Below are positions 36,601 to 49,663 of a DNA stretch of 64,000 nt, one piece after another (within the stretch, counting starts at the first letter, position 1; the number at the start of each line of letters is the position of its first letter). The notes below the pieces were generated by a model that saw only the letters and a list, made by a program, of their open reading frames with translations, had not been told where the DNA came from and did no database searches. The stretch is from Torpedo marmorata (taxonomy: Eukaryota), in NCBI GenBank assembly GCA_977017645.1, contig OZ360227.1, positions 113,150,001-113,214,000 of the forward strand. Direction: 5' to 3'. Both the position numbers and the translations under genes were made by a program.

Positions 36601-37837
36601 GTGTGGCACTTGTCAAGAAATGCAACCCAAATCCCCACAAGCCGAAGCAAACCCATGGAAATGGCCTTCACGACCATGGCACAGAATTCATGTGGATTTT
36701 GCAGGTCCATTCATGGGGGAAAATTTCTTTATTGTTTTTTTAAAAAAATATTTTATTTAAAATTTTAAATCACACGATAATACATGTTTATAAAATACAA
36801 AATTATCAAAATACATGAGATATATTTTCACCCTCCCCTCCCTCCCTTCCCCCTCCCTAACCCATCCACCCCCTCTACTCTACTAAAAAAGAAATTTCTT
36901 TATTGTTGTCGACGCACACTCCAAATGGCCAGTGGTATCACACATGCGTACAACGACAACAATTCAAACAATTGAAAGACTGCGAAATATGTTTGCATCA
37001 TATGGATTACCAATGGAGTTGATCTCAGACAATGGACCTCAGTTTACATCTAATGCTTTTAGAATGTTCTTGTGTAACAACGGTACACGTCATGTGCTCT
37101 CAGCACTGTACCACCCAAGCACTAATGGAGAAGCTGAGCATTTTGTGCGGACATTTAAAAACGCCATGAAAGCTTGCAAATCGCAAAACATTTCTTGGAA
37201 TTACAAAATCGCGAACTTTCTCGCAGGATACAGAAATACACCTCACTCAACAAATAAAAGAACACCAGCAGAATTGATGTTTGGACGCAATTTAAGAACA
37301 CGATTCTCTGCAGTACACCCAGACATCGGCCTTCGTATCGAACGCGCCACTTCGCCAACTAAGCCGACTAGATCACTAGGAGTGGGAGAAAGAGTGTTGG
37401 TACGAGATTACAGAGATAATAAAGAAACCTGGGTAAGGGACGTTATCATTAAGAAACTAAGCCCTTGTTCGTATTCCATACAAGTAGGAACAAACATATG
37501 GAAACGACACATCAACCAATTGAGAGCAGTAGAAGATCCAATGATGACATTACCAACAGATGAGCCCCAAGAGTTTCCAGTTTGGGTCAACGACGACCCC
37601 CCAGTTATATCTCCAAAGGATACTGATCTAGAGAGATGGGGAAGCAGTCCAGCCCAAGGCCTAAATAATGCTCATCGAAAACCAAGCTCCCAATCCGAGG
37701 AGGAGGTCAGTCCCGAGAAGGCAAAGAGTCCAGAAAAGGCAAAGAGTTCAGGGGTCCTGACGGACACAGGGGCCCCGCCAAGAAGATCACAAAGGCAACG
37801 ACGTCCTCCGGAACGTCTGAGGGACTATGTACCATGA
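33652..37837 (+). pseudogene. pol: Gypsy gag-pol: double CCHC knuckle, protease, RT, RNase H, integrase; disrupted by frameshifts, stops and an L1 insertion
   Basis: CFRCGKSNH...CHLCDKEGH; LDTG; YLDG (YLDD mutated); DAS...ERNYAQ; HPG...C..C; HVDFAGPF; SDNGPQF. Confidence 0.93.
36737..36891 (-). mobile_element. Tiny L1 3' UTR insertion in the Gypsy integrase
   Basis: Matches the L1 3' UTR; 16-bp TSD aaatttctttattgtt at 36721-36736 and 36892-36907. Confidence 0.9.
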
Positions 37838-39589
37838 ACAGGACACTTGATATGTTATTACATTACAATATACATATACTCTGTAGTCGTAGTTCCCTCA
37901 TAATACTCGGTAGTCGCTGTAGTTTTACATACTTATTACCTGGGAATGTTTATTCTGTGGGGGGGAAGAGTGTTGTGGATACACGCAGGCTTGGTACGCC
38001 GCGTATGACGTCATCACGTATAATATATAGCGTGGCGTGGGAAACCATTGTTAGTTTAGTAATAAAGAATGAATGAAGCACCACGTCTCCGTGTGCTTGT
38101 GTATATCTAAGCCTAGAATACACTACACGTATCAGCAGAAGAGCCAATGTGCAGCAATCATTCAGAGATACATGGTTTATTTTCTGTCTGTTATTACTTT
38201 TCGAATGCAAAGTCATTGTACATCAGTAAACTTTTTTTAACATATTTTTTTCAAAAATGTCTTGGTAATTACACCAGTAAATAGATAGTTGAATGGAAGA
38301 TCAGACTTGTAATGCAAAAATAGTGTTTCAGTCTAACAAACTGGGACAGATCCGACCTGGAAAGCTGCAGTCAGTTTTAAGCACCAAATTTCAATAGTCT
38401 TAGGAAATAGTAAAGCACAGATTCACAGAAATGATTCCAGGACAGGGGTGTGCAACCTACGGCCCGTGGGCCGGATCCAAATTTATCTGGCCCGTAACCC
38501 AATGTAAAAGTACCATGTGCACCCGGCCTGCCGATACAAGTACAGTCATGCGCCCCATAACGTCCGTTCGGGCAACGTCCGACCGCATATACGTCCGTGG
38601 TCCCATAAGATTATAATAGAGTTCAGAAATCCCGATCGGAGAACGGGACGTAGCGGACATAACCGGACATAGCGAACTCAACAGCTTCCTGCTTGCAACA
38701 CGTGTATCTCATGTCTCTTGTATACAAAGCAATGCCTCCCATTTTCGTGATCCCGATTGGCTTTCAGGCTTGGCATTTCTGGTGGATGTTACGTCTCATC
38801 TGATCAACCTGAACTTGCAACTTCAAGGAAAAAAATCAGCTGATCCATGAGATGTATGCGCAGGTTGTTGCCTTTGAAACAAAAGTTCGATTGTGGGAAA
38901 GCCAGCTTAAAAAATTGAATTATGTGCATTTTCCCAATCTCCAAAAATGTGAACCAACTAATCTAGATACTTTTGTTTCTGTTTTCCATGACTTTAAAAA
39001 TGAGTTTTAGTCTCGTTTTGCTGATTTTCGTTTGCATGCAAGTGAATTCAAGCTGTTTGCAACTCCATTCAGTCTGGATGTGGAAACCGTACCAGAAAAT
39101 TTTCAGATGGAACTTATTGAGATGCAGTGCAGCGATCAGTTGAAATCCAAATTTAATGCAGATGATGTGTCTTTGATTGACTTCTACAAAAAATATCTTC
39201 TTCCATATGGGAATTATAAAAACTTGGTGGAGCACGCAAAAAAGATGGCATCACTGTTTGGCAGTACATACATGTGTGAGCAACTGTTCTCAAAAATGAA
39301 GTTCACCAAGAACCACTTGAGAACAAATATGACGAATGCCCATTTAGATGATGTCTTGCTATTGGCATCAACAACTATGTCACACAATATCAAAATGCTT
39401 TCAAACAACAAACAAAATCAAGTTTCCCACTTATTGAGCTGCTGTCTGTTTTGGGGTTAGTTATTTTGTTTTCATTGTGACTAATTTTTCTCCTTTTTGA
39501 CTTTTATATTTTTATTGTGTCATTTTAATGACAAACTCGTAATTTTTGGTGCATTTCCAGATTTGAAGATGCCTTCCCTTCCCTGACCT

Positions 39590-39670
39590 GAATCAGAATC
39601 AGAATCAGAATCAGAATTTATTGTCATGAACAAGTCATGAAATTCAGTGTTTTGCATCATTGTGCAAAAA
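39590..39670 (-). mobile_element. Rex1-type 3' tail fragment, (ATTCTG)n
   Basis: gaatcagaatcagaatcagaatttattgtcatgaacaagtcatgaaattc is the reverse complement of the tail at 57840-57892. Confidence 0.8.
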
Positions 39671-39741
39671 TGCATCATCGTAGTTTTTTGGAAGGAATAC
39701 GGTTGATCTCGTTGCTTGAACTTTTTATGTGGATTGTTTTT

Positions 39742-41456
39742 GTTTTTTTTTTTAAATATTTTATTTAAATTTTTAAATCACACATTACATAAAATAGTTT
39801 TGCATATAATTCTTAAAAAATACATGTGATTACATTTTCTCCCCCCCCTTCCCACCCTCCCCTCCCTAACCCCTATATCCCCCTAGTCTAAATTTAAAAT
39901 AAAATAAAATAATAAAAGAAAGAAAAAAGAAAAGAAAAGATAGAAAAATAGAGTGAGGAGTCAATAAGCTTAAAAACTAATATATCTTAGAGGTTATTTC
40001 GCCAGCGGATCTGATATCCAGAGAATTTACAATGTTAAACCCATAATCCTCATATATGGGCCCCAAATTTTCAAAAAGAAATGATATTTATTTCGTAAAT
40101 TATAAGTAATTTTTTCTAATGGTATACATGATCGTAACTCTGCATGCCATCGCTCTAAATTTAAATCAACATCCGATTTCCAAGTAATAGCTATACATTT
40201 TTTCGAAACTGCTAATACTATACGTAAAAATTCTACTTGATACATATTTAATCTATGTCTAATACAAAATTTTTTTATGTCTCCAAATAAAAATAACATA
40301 GGATCCATTGCAATTTCAACATTAAAAATTCTTTCTAAAAAATTCTTAACTTTCAACCAAAAATCTTGAATTTTTGGACATGACCATGTACAATGTACAA
40401 AAGATCCTATTTCAGTTTTACATCTAAAACACATATCTGATAACGCTGGATTAAATTTCTTCAGTTTTTTAGGTGTCAAATACAATTGATGAAAAAAATT
40501 ATATTGTACTAATCTATATCTCACGTTAATGACTTTTGTCATACTTAATTTACATAAATCTTTCCAATGATTTTCATCTATATTAACATTCAAATCTAAT
40601 TCCCATTTCAATCTAGACTTATGCACTCCTACTTTAGACATCTTTCTTTGAAACAACTTATACATTTGTGATATAAATTTATTAACATTGACTTTAGTAA
40701 TTAATAATTCCAATTCATTTTGTCTTGGTACTGTTAATTCATTCCCTAATCTCTCAATCAAAAAAGCTTTAACTTGAAAATAAACTAACATTGTATTATC
40801 TAATATATTAAATTTTTCTTTTAACCTCTGGAAAGTAATAAATCTACCTGCTTCAAAACAATCTTTTAAAGTCTTAATTCCCTTTAAAAACCATAACTTA
40901 AGTAACTGATTATCCATAGAAAATGGTAAAAGCGGATTCTGATATATTGGTGTATTTAAAGAAATTAATCCTTTTTGACCTATCTCTTTGTCTACTTGTG
41001 ACCAAATTTCCAACAGATGTTTAATAATTGGTGTATTTTTCTTTTTAAGTAATAATAATTTAGAATTCCATTTATAAATAATATCTTCTTTATGTATTTC
41101 TCCCATATTATTCAATTCTATATTAATCCAAGCAGAAGATTTATTTAAATCAAAGAATTCATTAATAAATTTTAATTGAGCCACTTTATAATAATACTGA
41201 AAATTGGGAAGTTGTAACCCTCCCATCTCATAATTCCATGTTAATTTATCTATACTTACTCTTGCCAACTTTCCTTTCCATAAAAATTTCCTAATAATAA
41301 ATTTTAAATCTTTAAAAAATTTATTTGGAATACCATAAGGAATCGATTGAAAAAGATATTGAATTCTTGGAAAAACATTCATTTTAATACAATTTACTCT
41401 TCCCATCAAAGTTATAGGTAAATCTTTCCAAAGCTCTAAGTCCTTTTTTATTTTCT
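39742..41456 (-). mobile_element. L1, 5'-truncated, nested in the hAT
   Basis: ORF 40027-41409; TSD tgtggattgttttt on both sides. Confidence 0.93.
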
Positions 41457-42571
41457 GTGTGGATTGTTTTTTGATAAATTATCGTCAGTTATGTTCATAC
41501 ATTGTACATTATGTACTTCAAGCAGAGACAATCGAAAACTTCAATTACATAATGTCTGTGTTTCAGTATCTATTTCATTTATGGTAGCATCAGTGCGGCC
41601 CGCCGTTCAACCACTGACACACCAACTGGCCCACGCATGGTAAAAGGTTGTCCGCCCCTGTTCCAGGATTTGATATTAGATTTGGCCTAATGATACATCT
41701 CTGAGTCAGCAGGTTCTGCCTTCAGTCCCACTCCAGAGCTTTGAGGACAAAATTCATGCTCAGAAAGCATGGCATAGTGAATAAGTATTACTACAATGAG
41801 ACCACACCTGTTCTTGAAGGTGTCCATTTCAAAGAAAGGGAGTTCTCCTTGAATACCAAATTAATATTTATTCATTAACTAAAATAGAGTATATCTGGAT
41901 ATTACTTGACCTCCTTGGAAACTGGCTGGTGAAGTTTACTTGTCATAATGATGTTTAATGAATTCTGTCCACCAATAATCAGATGTATTGCCCCAGCAAA
42001 GGCTGCAGTGCTTCTCATCGTCCAATATGAAGTGACATTACACAGCTAAGTAAAGCACATAAACAAAATTATAACCAAGTTGTCATTTTTAGGTTTCACT
42101 CATAGCATGGACTTGCACTAGACAGAAATTTAGGTTGGAGCAATAAAAATGTGGGATGATGCCAACATTTGAATTTTCAACATTTCTGATTGAATAATTG
42201 CCATAGAGAAGGGAAGCAGTTTACTGAACACTTCCGATGTGAGAAGTATTTATCAGCATCTTAATGATTCACTACAATCTTTTTTCATGAGAATATAACA
42301 CTGTGGTCTATAAATTAATTTAAATAAAGAGCAATACTGTCATACAATGTTCTCATCAAGTTTCACTTCACGTGAAATTCATGAACAATATTAGCATAGC
42401 AGTGACAGAGGGAGAATGTTACTTTTGTACACCAGATAAACATTTAATGATCATGAATCATCAGCTTGTTTTTCCCATTTGGGTGAAATATGAAATGCTC
42501 TCCAGATTTGCTTGGACTCATGTTTTGTCTGGCAATCAAAGTTAAAATTAACCACTTTTTGATATTCTTAG

Positions 42572-42639
42572 TAAAATATTACTCACGACCAATAATTCGG
42601 ATATGTGACATTGAGCAGAAAAAAACGAGCAAATTTGAG
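42572..42639 (+). CDS. Candidate host exon (KYYSRPIIRICDIEQKKTSKFE), product unknown
   Basis: ttttgatattcttag acceptor, GAG/gtaaat donor and an open frame. Confidence 0.3.
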
Positions 42640-43930
42640 GTAAATAATATTGACATATCTTTCATAAGGCAAAGAAAGAAGCAACCTCAAATCCTGACTG
42701 CTATCCACCTCTGTCTTCTCTGTGCCTAGCAAACCTTTTATGATGTAGCTCACGTTTGAAAATTCAGTTTAAAATGGAGCATTCCCATATGGTTACAGAG
42801 AGCATGTGCAAACTCCAGACGGTCAGCACCAAAAGTGAAGATTAAACCTGGGTTGCCAGAGGTGTGAAGCAGCAACTCTACGAGCTACACCATAACGTTG
42901 ATATTGATGGCCATATCCATGAGAGAAAATAAATAAAAGATATTGCAAATTAATGCCAGGGTGCTTTGAAATTAAACCACTGAGAAAAATAACATCTTTA
43001 CAATCGGTTGATTGATCTGAGACAGATGACTACCGCAAGGAGATGACAGAATTAACACAGCAAAGTGGTCCTGGAACAATGAAAGTACCTGAAGTCATAT
43101 TAGGATAGTTATTCAAAAGCTTTGTCAAAGAGTATTAAGGAAGAAACTTCCAGAGAATTAATGTAATATTGTCCTGATGATCCACCTTTGTAGTATTGCT
43201 GGTTGAGGAATAAACATTTTTGAGGACATGTAGGGTTAACTCTGCTACTTTCCTCAATATGCATGGATATTTTACATCCATGCAAGAAGAGTTTAATATC
43301 TCATCTAAATAACAGCACTCCCTCAATACTGAGCTCAAGTATCAGCCCATATCATGTGCTCAATTTTTGGAACACAAACTCACAACCTTTTGATTCAAAT
43401 ATATGAATCATGGATAATTTTAAACTGCAATTGTAAGTACTTCTTGGAAGTATTATTAGTTCACATAGAACAATATTATAATCGGAAATGCATGTCTGCA
43501 ACTGAGTTTTACTTTATATATGCATTTATTCACTGGAATACCTCCAATCTCTCATGGTACTTGACTGCATTCTCCAACATGGTTTACAGTATACAAAATA
43601 CATAATCTAAACCATCTCATTTTACAAGTATATTTGACAAGTGTGGACAGCATTGAAATTGCAATATTATTACAAATATTCAGTATATGAATCAAACCAA
43701 GAAAAACAAATTTTATTTACTGCCTTTTATAACACAGGATTGAATTTTTCTCTTCGCTCAGAGGAGCATTTTAGACAGAGAACAAGGGAAAATTGATCAG
43801 ATGAAGAATATTAATGCAACTGAGATTTCTGTTCCCACAAACTTACACAAAAGTACCCCCCCATCTCACTACAACCCCTCTTCCCCCACTTCAAATCCAC
43901 CCCTATCAGCTGATTCTTCCTTACTTACCT

Positions 43931-45420
43931 GGGGTTAACCCGCGGAAAGCTGCTGGGCCAGATAACATTCCCGGCAGAGTGCTCAGGGGATGTGCGGCCC
44001 AGCTGGCTGATGTTCTCACCGACATCTTTAACATCTCCCTGACCAGTGCCGTGGTACCAATGTGCTTCAAAGCCGCTACCATCATCCCCGTGCCGAAGAA
44101 GTCGACGGTGTCCTGCCTCAATGACTACCGCCCTGTCGCACTCACATCCACCGTCATGAAGTGCTTCGAGAGGCTCGTCATGAGGCACATCAAGCTTCTG
44201 CTGCCCCCCTCACTGGACCCCCTGCAGTTCACATATAGATCAAACCGTTCCACAGATGATGCCATCATTACCATCCTCCACCTAGCCTTCACCCACCTGG
44301 AAAATAAGGACGCGTATGTTCGAATGCTGTTTATTGACTTCAGCTCGGCATTCAACACGATCATACCTCAGTACCTGATAGGGAAGTTGAGGGGGCTGGG
44401 CCTAAACGACACCCTCTGTAATTGGATTCTAGACTTCCTGACGGGAAGACCTCAGGCAGTCCGGATTGGAAACAGCACTTCTAAGGACATTACATTGAGC
44501 ACGGGGGCTCCCCAGGGCTGTGTGCTTAGTCCATTGCTGTTCACTCTGCTGACTCATGACTGTGCAGCAAAACACAGCTCGAATCACATCATCAAGTTCG
44601 ATGATGATACGACCGTGGTGGGCCTTATCAGCAAGAACGATGAGTCAGCATACAGAGATGAGGTGCAGTCGCGAATGGAATGGTGCGGAGCGAACAACCT
44701 GCATCTGAATGTAAATAAAACAAAAGAGTTGGTTGTCGACTTCAGAAGGGCCCGGGGGGATCATTCTCCATTGATCATGGACGGCTCTACTGTTGAGGTC
44801 GTAAAGAGTACCAAGTTTCTTGGAGTGCACTTTGCGGAGAGTCTTACCTGGTCCCTCAACATCAGTTCCATAGTCAAGAAAACCCAGCAGCGTCTTTACT
44901 TCCTGCAAAGACTGAGTAAAGTTCATCTCCCACCCCCTATCCTTACTACATTCTACAGGGGATGCATTGAGAGTATTCTGAGCAATTGCATCACCGCTTG
45001 GTTTGGAAACTGTACCACCTCGGACCGAAAAACCCTGCAGAGGATAGTGAGGGCAGCGAAGAAAATTATTGGAGTCTCTCTCCCCACCATGACAGACATT
45101 TACTACACACGATGCATGAGGAAGGCTAAAAACATTGTGAAGGACTTATCACACCCATTTGGTAAACTGTTTTCCCCTTTGCCATCTGGAAGGAGGTACT
45201 GAAGCACTCGGGCTCGCACGTCCAGACTGTGCAACAGTTTTTTCCCCCAAGCCATCAGGCTCCTCAATTCCTAGATATATATGTGTATTAGCATGTTATA
45301 GTTTTTCTATTGTACTATAATGTTTATGTACATCTGCCCATGGTCCTGGAGAAACGCTATCTCGTCTTACTGTGTATATGGTAATGAACGACAAATAAAG
45401 GTGACTTGACTTGACTTGAC
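43931..45420 (+). mobile_element. Rex1/Babar-type LINE, 5'-truncated; same family as 24870-27207
   Basis: ORF 43814-45202 RT; (GACTT)n tail. Confidence 0.93.
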
Positions 45421-45869
45421 CTAATACAAGCAAAAAATAAGTTCCTCTGATCCATCTAATTTAGATATTTGATACACAAAAGTGCTGGAGAAACTCAGCA
45501 GGTCCAGCAGCGTCCATAGGAGGCACAGATATAGAACCAACATTTTGAACCTGATTTCTTCGTCAAGGTGTGAGCAAAACGTAGACAGGCGCCTGAATAA
45601 AAAGATGGAGGGAGGAGGGAACAAGGGGCAGGAGGAGGAGCATAGGCCACAGACGAAGCAATAGATGAACATGGATAAGAGGACAGAAGAGAAAAGCTGA
45701 GAATTGATCGTGGAGGGGGATAGTTCCTCCCTACCTACATCCTCGATAACTCACATGACTTCCATCACTTCAACAACTTCCAGTTCCCTGAACTCAACCA
45801 GCTCATCTTCACCATGGACATCCAATCTCTATACACTTCCATCCCCCATACTGAAGGCCTTAAAGCCCT

Positions 45870-46133
45870 TTTTAAATTTTTAATTTTTTTTATTTTGGAC
45901 ATACAGCATGGTAACACGCCCTTTCGGCCCACGAGCAGGTGCCACCCAATTGCACCCAATTGACCTACAATGTTGGTACATTTTGAAGAGTGGGAGGAAA
46001 CCAGAGCACCTGGAGGAATCTCAGGCAGACATGGGAAGAATGTACAAACACCTTACAGACAGCACCGGATTCGAAACCTGGTTGCTGGTGCTGTAACAGC
46101 TTGCGTTAACCACTAACGCTAACCATGCTGCCC
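45870..46133 (-). mobile_element. V-SINE/HE1-like tRNA SINE
   Basis: Reverse-complement homology to 47475-47735. Confidence 0.85.
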
Positions 46134-46944
46134 CTTTGTTTCTTTCTCAACAACAGACCCGAACAGTCCCCCTCCACCATGCCCCTCCTACTTCATCATC
46201 AACTCGGCCCTCACCTGCATATCCCCCATTTCCCACACATCTGCCCTGGCCCCCTCCACCCCTAGATGTAACGAAGATACGATTCCCTTGTCCTTACATA
46301 CCACCCACCAGCCTCCACATCCAACATAACATCCTCCGCAATTTCTGCCACCTACAAAGTGATCCCACCACCAGACACATCTTACCCTCACCTCTCCTCT
46401 CCGACTTCCGCAGGATCACTCCCTCCCTAACTCCTTTGTCCACTCATCCCTTTCCACCAATCGCCCCCTTGGTACCTACCTCTGTGGCTGCAGGAAATGC
46501 CACACTTGCACCCACACCTCCACCCTCAACAAACAGCCCTTCCAAGTGAAGCAAACTTTACTTGTGAATCTGCAAGGGTCATATACTGCATCCAGTGCTC
46601 TCGTTGTGGCCTCCGCTAGATCGGAGAGACTGGACGCAGGAGATCGTTTTGTTGAGCACCTTTGCTCTGTCCACTGTAATAGCAGGGATGTCCCAGTGGT
46701 AACCCATTTCAATTCTTCACCTCATTCCCATGTCGACATATCTGTCGATGGTCTTGTGCACTGTCAAACTGAGACCACTTTCAAATTGGTGTAACAACAC
46801 CTCATATTCCTTCTGGGCACCCTCCAACCAGATGGCATTAACTTTGATTTCTCTGGTTTCTGTTAGCCCCCCTCCCCCGTCTCTTCCTTTCCCTTTCCCT
46901 ATCACCATGTCTCCTTTCCTCAGCTCTATCACTCTCTCTCTCTT

Positions 46945-47100
46945 TCCCCATTTGGACAGGTACATGGACGAGAGGGTTATAGAGAGATATGGTCTGGGTG
47001 CAGGTCAGTGGGATTAGGCAGAAAAATAGTTCAGCACAGAGTAGAAGGGCTGAAGGGTCTGTTTCTGTGCTGCAGCATTCTATAGTTCTACGGTTCTATC
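46945..47100 (+). mobile_element. CR1 3' end fragment
   Basis: atttggacaggtacatgga...gggctgaagggtctgtttctgtgctg...ttctatagttctacggttctat. Confidence 0.8.
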
Positions 47101-47474
47101 CCTCTGTCTCCTTTCCTCCAGCATTGCATTCACAGAGCTGCACTCCTCCCCCGATCAATTTTCAGCTTTTCTCCCCTGCCCTCCCATCCATATCCACCTA
47201 TGGCCTCTGACCTCTTGCCTGTTGGCCTATGCTCCTTTCCCTTCCCCTCCCCCTTCTTCCCTCCTCCCCTCGCCTTTTTATTCAAGCGCCTGCCTGCTTT
47301 TTGCTTATCCCTTGATGAAGGGCTCAGGCCCGAACGTTCTATGCCTCATATGGTCACTGCGGGATCTGCTGAGTTTCTCCAGCAATTTTGTGTATTAACT
47401 GCAATCACAGTGCCTGCAGACTTTTTCTTGTTTCACCTCAATTTAGCTATGCCGCTTGTGGAAACTAGTATCAA

Positions 47475-47735
47475 GCACGGTTGGCGTAGCGGTTAGCGTA
47501 ATGCCTTTACAGCGCCAGCGATTGGGACTGGGCCTGGGTTCGAATCCCGCGCTGTCTGTAAGGAGTTTGTACGTTCTCCCTGTGTCTGCGTGGGTTTTCT
47601 CCGGGGTCTCCGGTTTCCTCCCACCCTTCAAAATGTACCGGGGGTGTAGGTTAATGGGGTGTAAATTGGGCGGTTCGAACTCGTAGGGCCGAAATGGCCT
47701 GTTACAGTGCTGTATGTCTAAATTTTAAAAAAATT
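47475..47735 (+). mobile_element. V-SINE/HE1-like tRNA SINE, full length
   Basis: A box tggcgtagcgg, B box ggttcgaatcc, V-domain and a CR1-derived tail. Confidence 0.9.
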
Positions 47736-48204
47736 TAAAAAGGACTTGTTTGGCATTCTCTCCACCAAGGTTTGTCCACGTAGAATTCTATTGGGAGCCT
47801 GGCATACAATGTAAATGAATCCAATTATTTAAGTTGACAGGGGCAAATCTGAAGTGTTCAGCGAAACCTGCAGTCTTGCAAATCTGAAGACGAGAATGCT
47901 GGGCGTTCCTATCAGATGCATTGATGAAAATTATTCTACTTTTGATCATGCACACAAAATAAAAATGAGGTCTGAGTGAAAATACCATGATTCTGGAAAC
48001 AACCACAACAATTTCAAATATTTTTGTAAATGAACATGAGAAAAATGGATAAAAATGCCATTATATGTAATTAAATCAGAAGGCTTTGATAATACTGCCA
48101 CAAACTACAACAAAAGTTTGATTTACATTTTTAAATCTCATGAGGATTTTTACTGCTCATGTTTACAGGTACAAAAAGGATTCATATGTTGAGTGTTTTG
48201 GATA

Positions 48205-48420
48205 CTGGAGACACAGAGGAGACTGCAGATGCTAGAATCTGAACCTAAGCACACTCTTCTGGAGTAACCCAGTGGGTCAAGCAGCATCAAATGGAGAAAA
48301 AGAATTTCAACGTTTCAAGCTGAAATCCTTTATCAAGACATGACATTTGATTTTTTTTTTTTCCCACGATTGCTGTTTGACATGCTGAGTTCTCCAGCAG
48401 AATGTGTTCTGCTTTGGATA
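48205..48420. mobile_element. Old inverted pair of PLE-type tails
   Basis: ctggagtaacccagtgggtcaagcagca versus tgctgtttgacatgctgagttctccag. Confidence 0.6.
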
Positions 48421-48816
48421 ATCTGGAGGAGGGGTGTGGAAATGACCTATCAGAGGGTAGCAGCAACAGCCAAATCAGTGGCACCATGACTGGTTCTGAG
48501 GTTTAGCAGAGGATGAAGTCAGGCAGAGCGATAGTTGTAAGGGACTCAATGGTCAGGGGGGCAGACAGGAGGTGCTGTGGCCACAAATCAGACTCCAGAA
48601 TGGTATGTTGCCTCCCAGGTGCAAGGGTCAAGGATGTCTCAAAGCAGCTGTAGGATATTCTGAAAGAAGAGCATGATCAGCTGGTTGTTGTAGTGCAATA
48701 TAGGTGAAAAATGGGATGAGCTCCTACGAGCTTAATTTAAGGAATTGTAGGTAAATTTTAGCATGGCCATGGACATTGATAGGAACAGAAAATATGGGAA
48801 ACTATTTAATTATGAT

Positions 48817-49663
48817 CAGTCATTCTCAACCTTTGTTTGTCTCTGGCCCCCTTAGGACTCTGCTCTATGTTTATGGCCCCCCTTCCCTGTGAAGCAGACA
48901 GGCTTTGGTTTCTTCTGAGCTTCTTTCCTATCAACTACATAAAAAACAAGAAATATTTATTTAATATGAGATGAAAAGAAATCAAGGCTTTTACTTAAAT
49001 GTAAAAAACACAAATGCTGGAGAAACTCAGCAGGTCAAACAGTGTCTTTTATGTAGCAAAGGTAGAAATACATAACCGACGTTTCGGGCTTGAGCCCTTC
49101 ATCAAAGTATGAGAAAATGCTGGTAGGCGTCCGAACAAAAGAGTGAGGGGGGAAGGGGGATGGCAAAGGCAGGAGATGATAGGTGGAGAAAGGAGAGAGG
49201 GGACAGCAGCAAAGAGGGGGAGGAGGGATGGCTAGGTAGCTGGAGAAAAACAGGAAGGACAGGTGAGGGGGAGGGGAAGGGAACAACAAGCAGGTTTAGT
49301 GGAAAGCAGAAAAGTCAATGTTAATGCCATCTGGCTGGAGAGTGCTTAGACGGAATATGAGATGTTGTTCCTTCAATTTGCGGGTAGTCTGCACGGTGTC
49401 CACAGATTTTCGTGTTTTACTTCTGAAATTTGGACGCCTACCGGCATTTTCTCATTCTTTGATGAAAGGCTCAAGCCCGAAACGTCGGTTATGTATTTCT
49501 ACCTTTGCTACATAAAAGACACTGTTTGACCTGCTGAGTTTCTCCAGCATTTGTGTTTTTTACTTCAACCACGGTGTCCACAGATTTTCGTGTTTTACTT
49601 TTACTTAAATGTGCTGTGGACCCTGGGGAGTTGGGGGTCTTGAGGGCCCCCATTGAAAATGGT
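48817..49663. mobile_element. Probable hAT MITE hosting a PLE insertion
   Basis: cagtcattctcaac versus attgaaaatggt ends, with ggcccc subterminal motifs; TSD not clear. Confidence 0.5.
49003..49598. mobile_element. Young PLE insertion made of inverted tail (pLTR) copies, each with a hammerhead motif
   Basis: 49003-49132 is the reverse complement of 49432-49561; direct repeat ttttacttaaatgt flanks both sides. Confidence 0.88.

Larger units (their letters stand above)
33344..38127 (+). mobile_element. Full-length Ty3/Gypsy LTR retrotransposon (Mag-like), inactivated
   Basis: 157-bp TG...CA LTRs at 33344-33500 and 37971-38127; 5-bp TSD CGTAT; PBS TGGCGACGAGGAT (matches the tRNA-Ser(GCU) 3' end) at 33504; PPT at 37959-37970. 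Confidence 0.97.
38443..41660 (+). mobile_element. hAT Charlie/SPIN (GTF2IRD2-like) transposon, internally deleted
   Basis: TIR caggggtgtgcaacct / aggttgtccgcccctg; TSD TTCCAGGA; transposase C-terminus at ~38700-39440 (LAFLVDVTSHL..., FQMELIEMQC, SLFGSTYMCEQLFSKMK). Confidence 0.92.
45470..47440 (+). mobile_element. PLE with an inverted tail copy at its 5' end (45470-45720, - strand); interrupted by a SINE and a CR1 tail
   Basis: FTMDIQSLYTSIPH; GDRFVEHL; tail cttgatgaagggctcaggcccgaac at 47311-47335. Confidence 0.85.

Noticed and set aside
33301-38200. Exon disrupted by the Gypsy insertion (acceptor tttactgtag at 33300)
   Set aside because: The rejoined frames give no recognisable peptide and there is no convincing donor.
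39032-39460. Host GTF2IRD2/EPM2AIP1-like domesticated gene
   Set aside because: It is fragmentary, frameshifted and enclosed by TIRs with an 8-bp TSD, so it is a dead transposon.
24870-45420. Large inverted segmental duplication suggested by the inverted Rex1 and hAT pairs
   Set aside because: Homology stops at element boundaries and the hAT copies have different TSDs, so these are independent insertions.
47475-47555. tRNA gene
   Set aside because: A and B boxes are present but it continues into a V-domain and CR1 tail, so it is a SINE.
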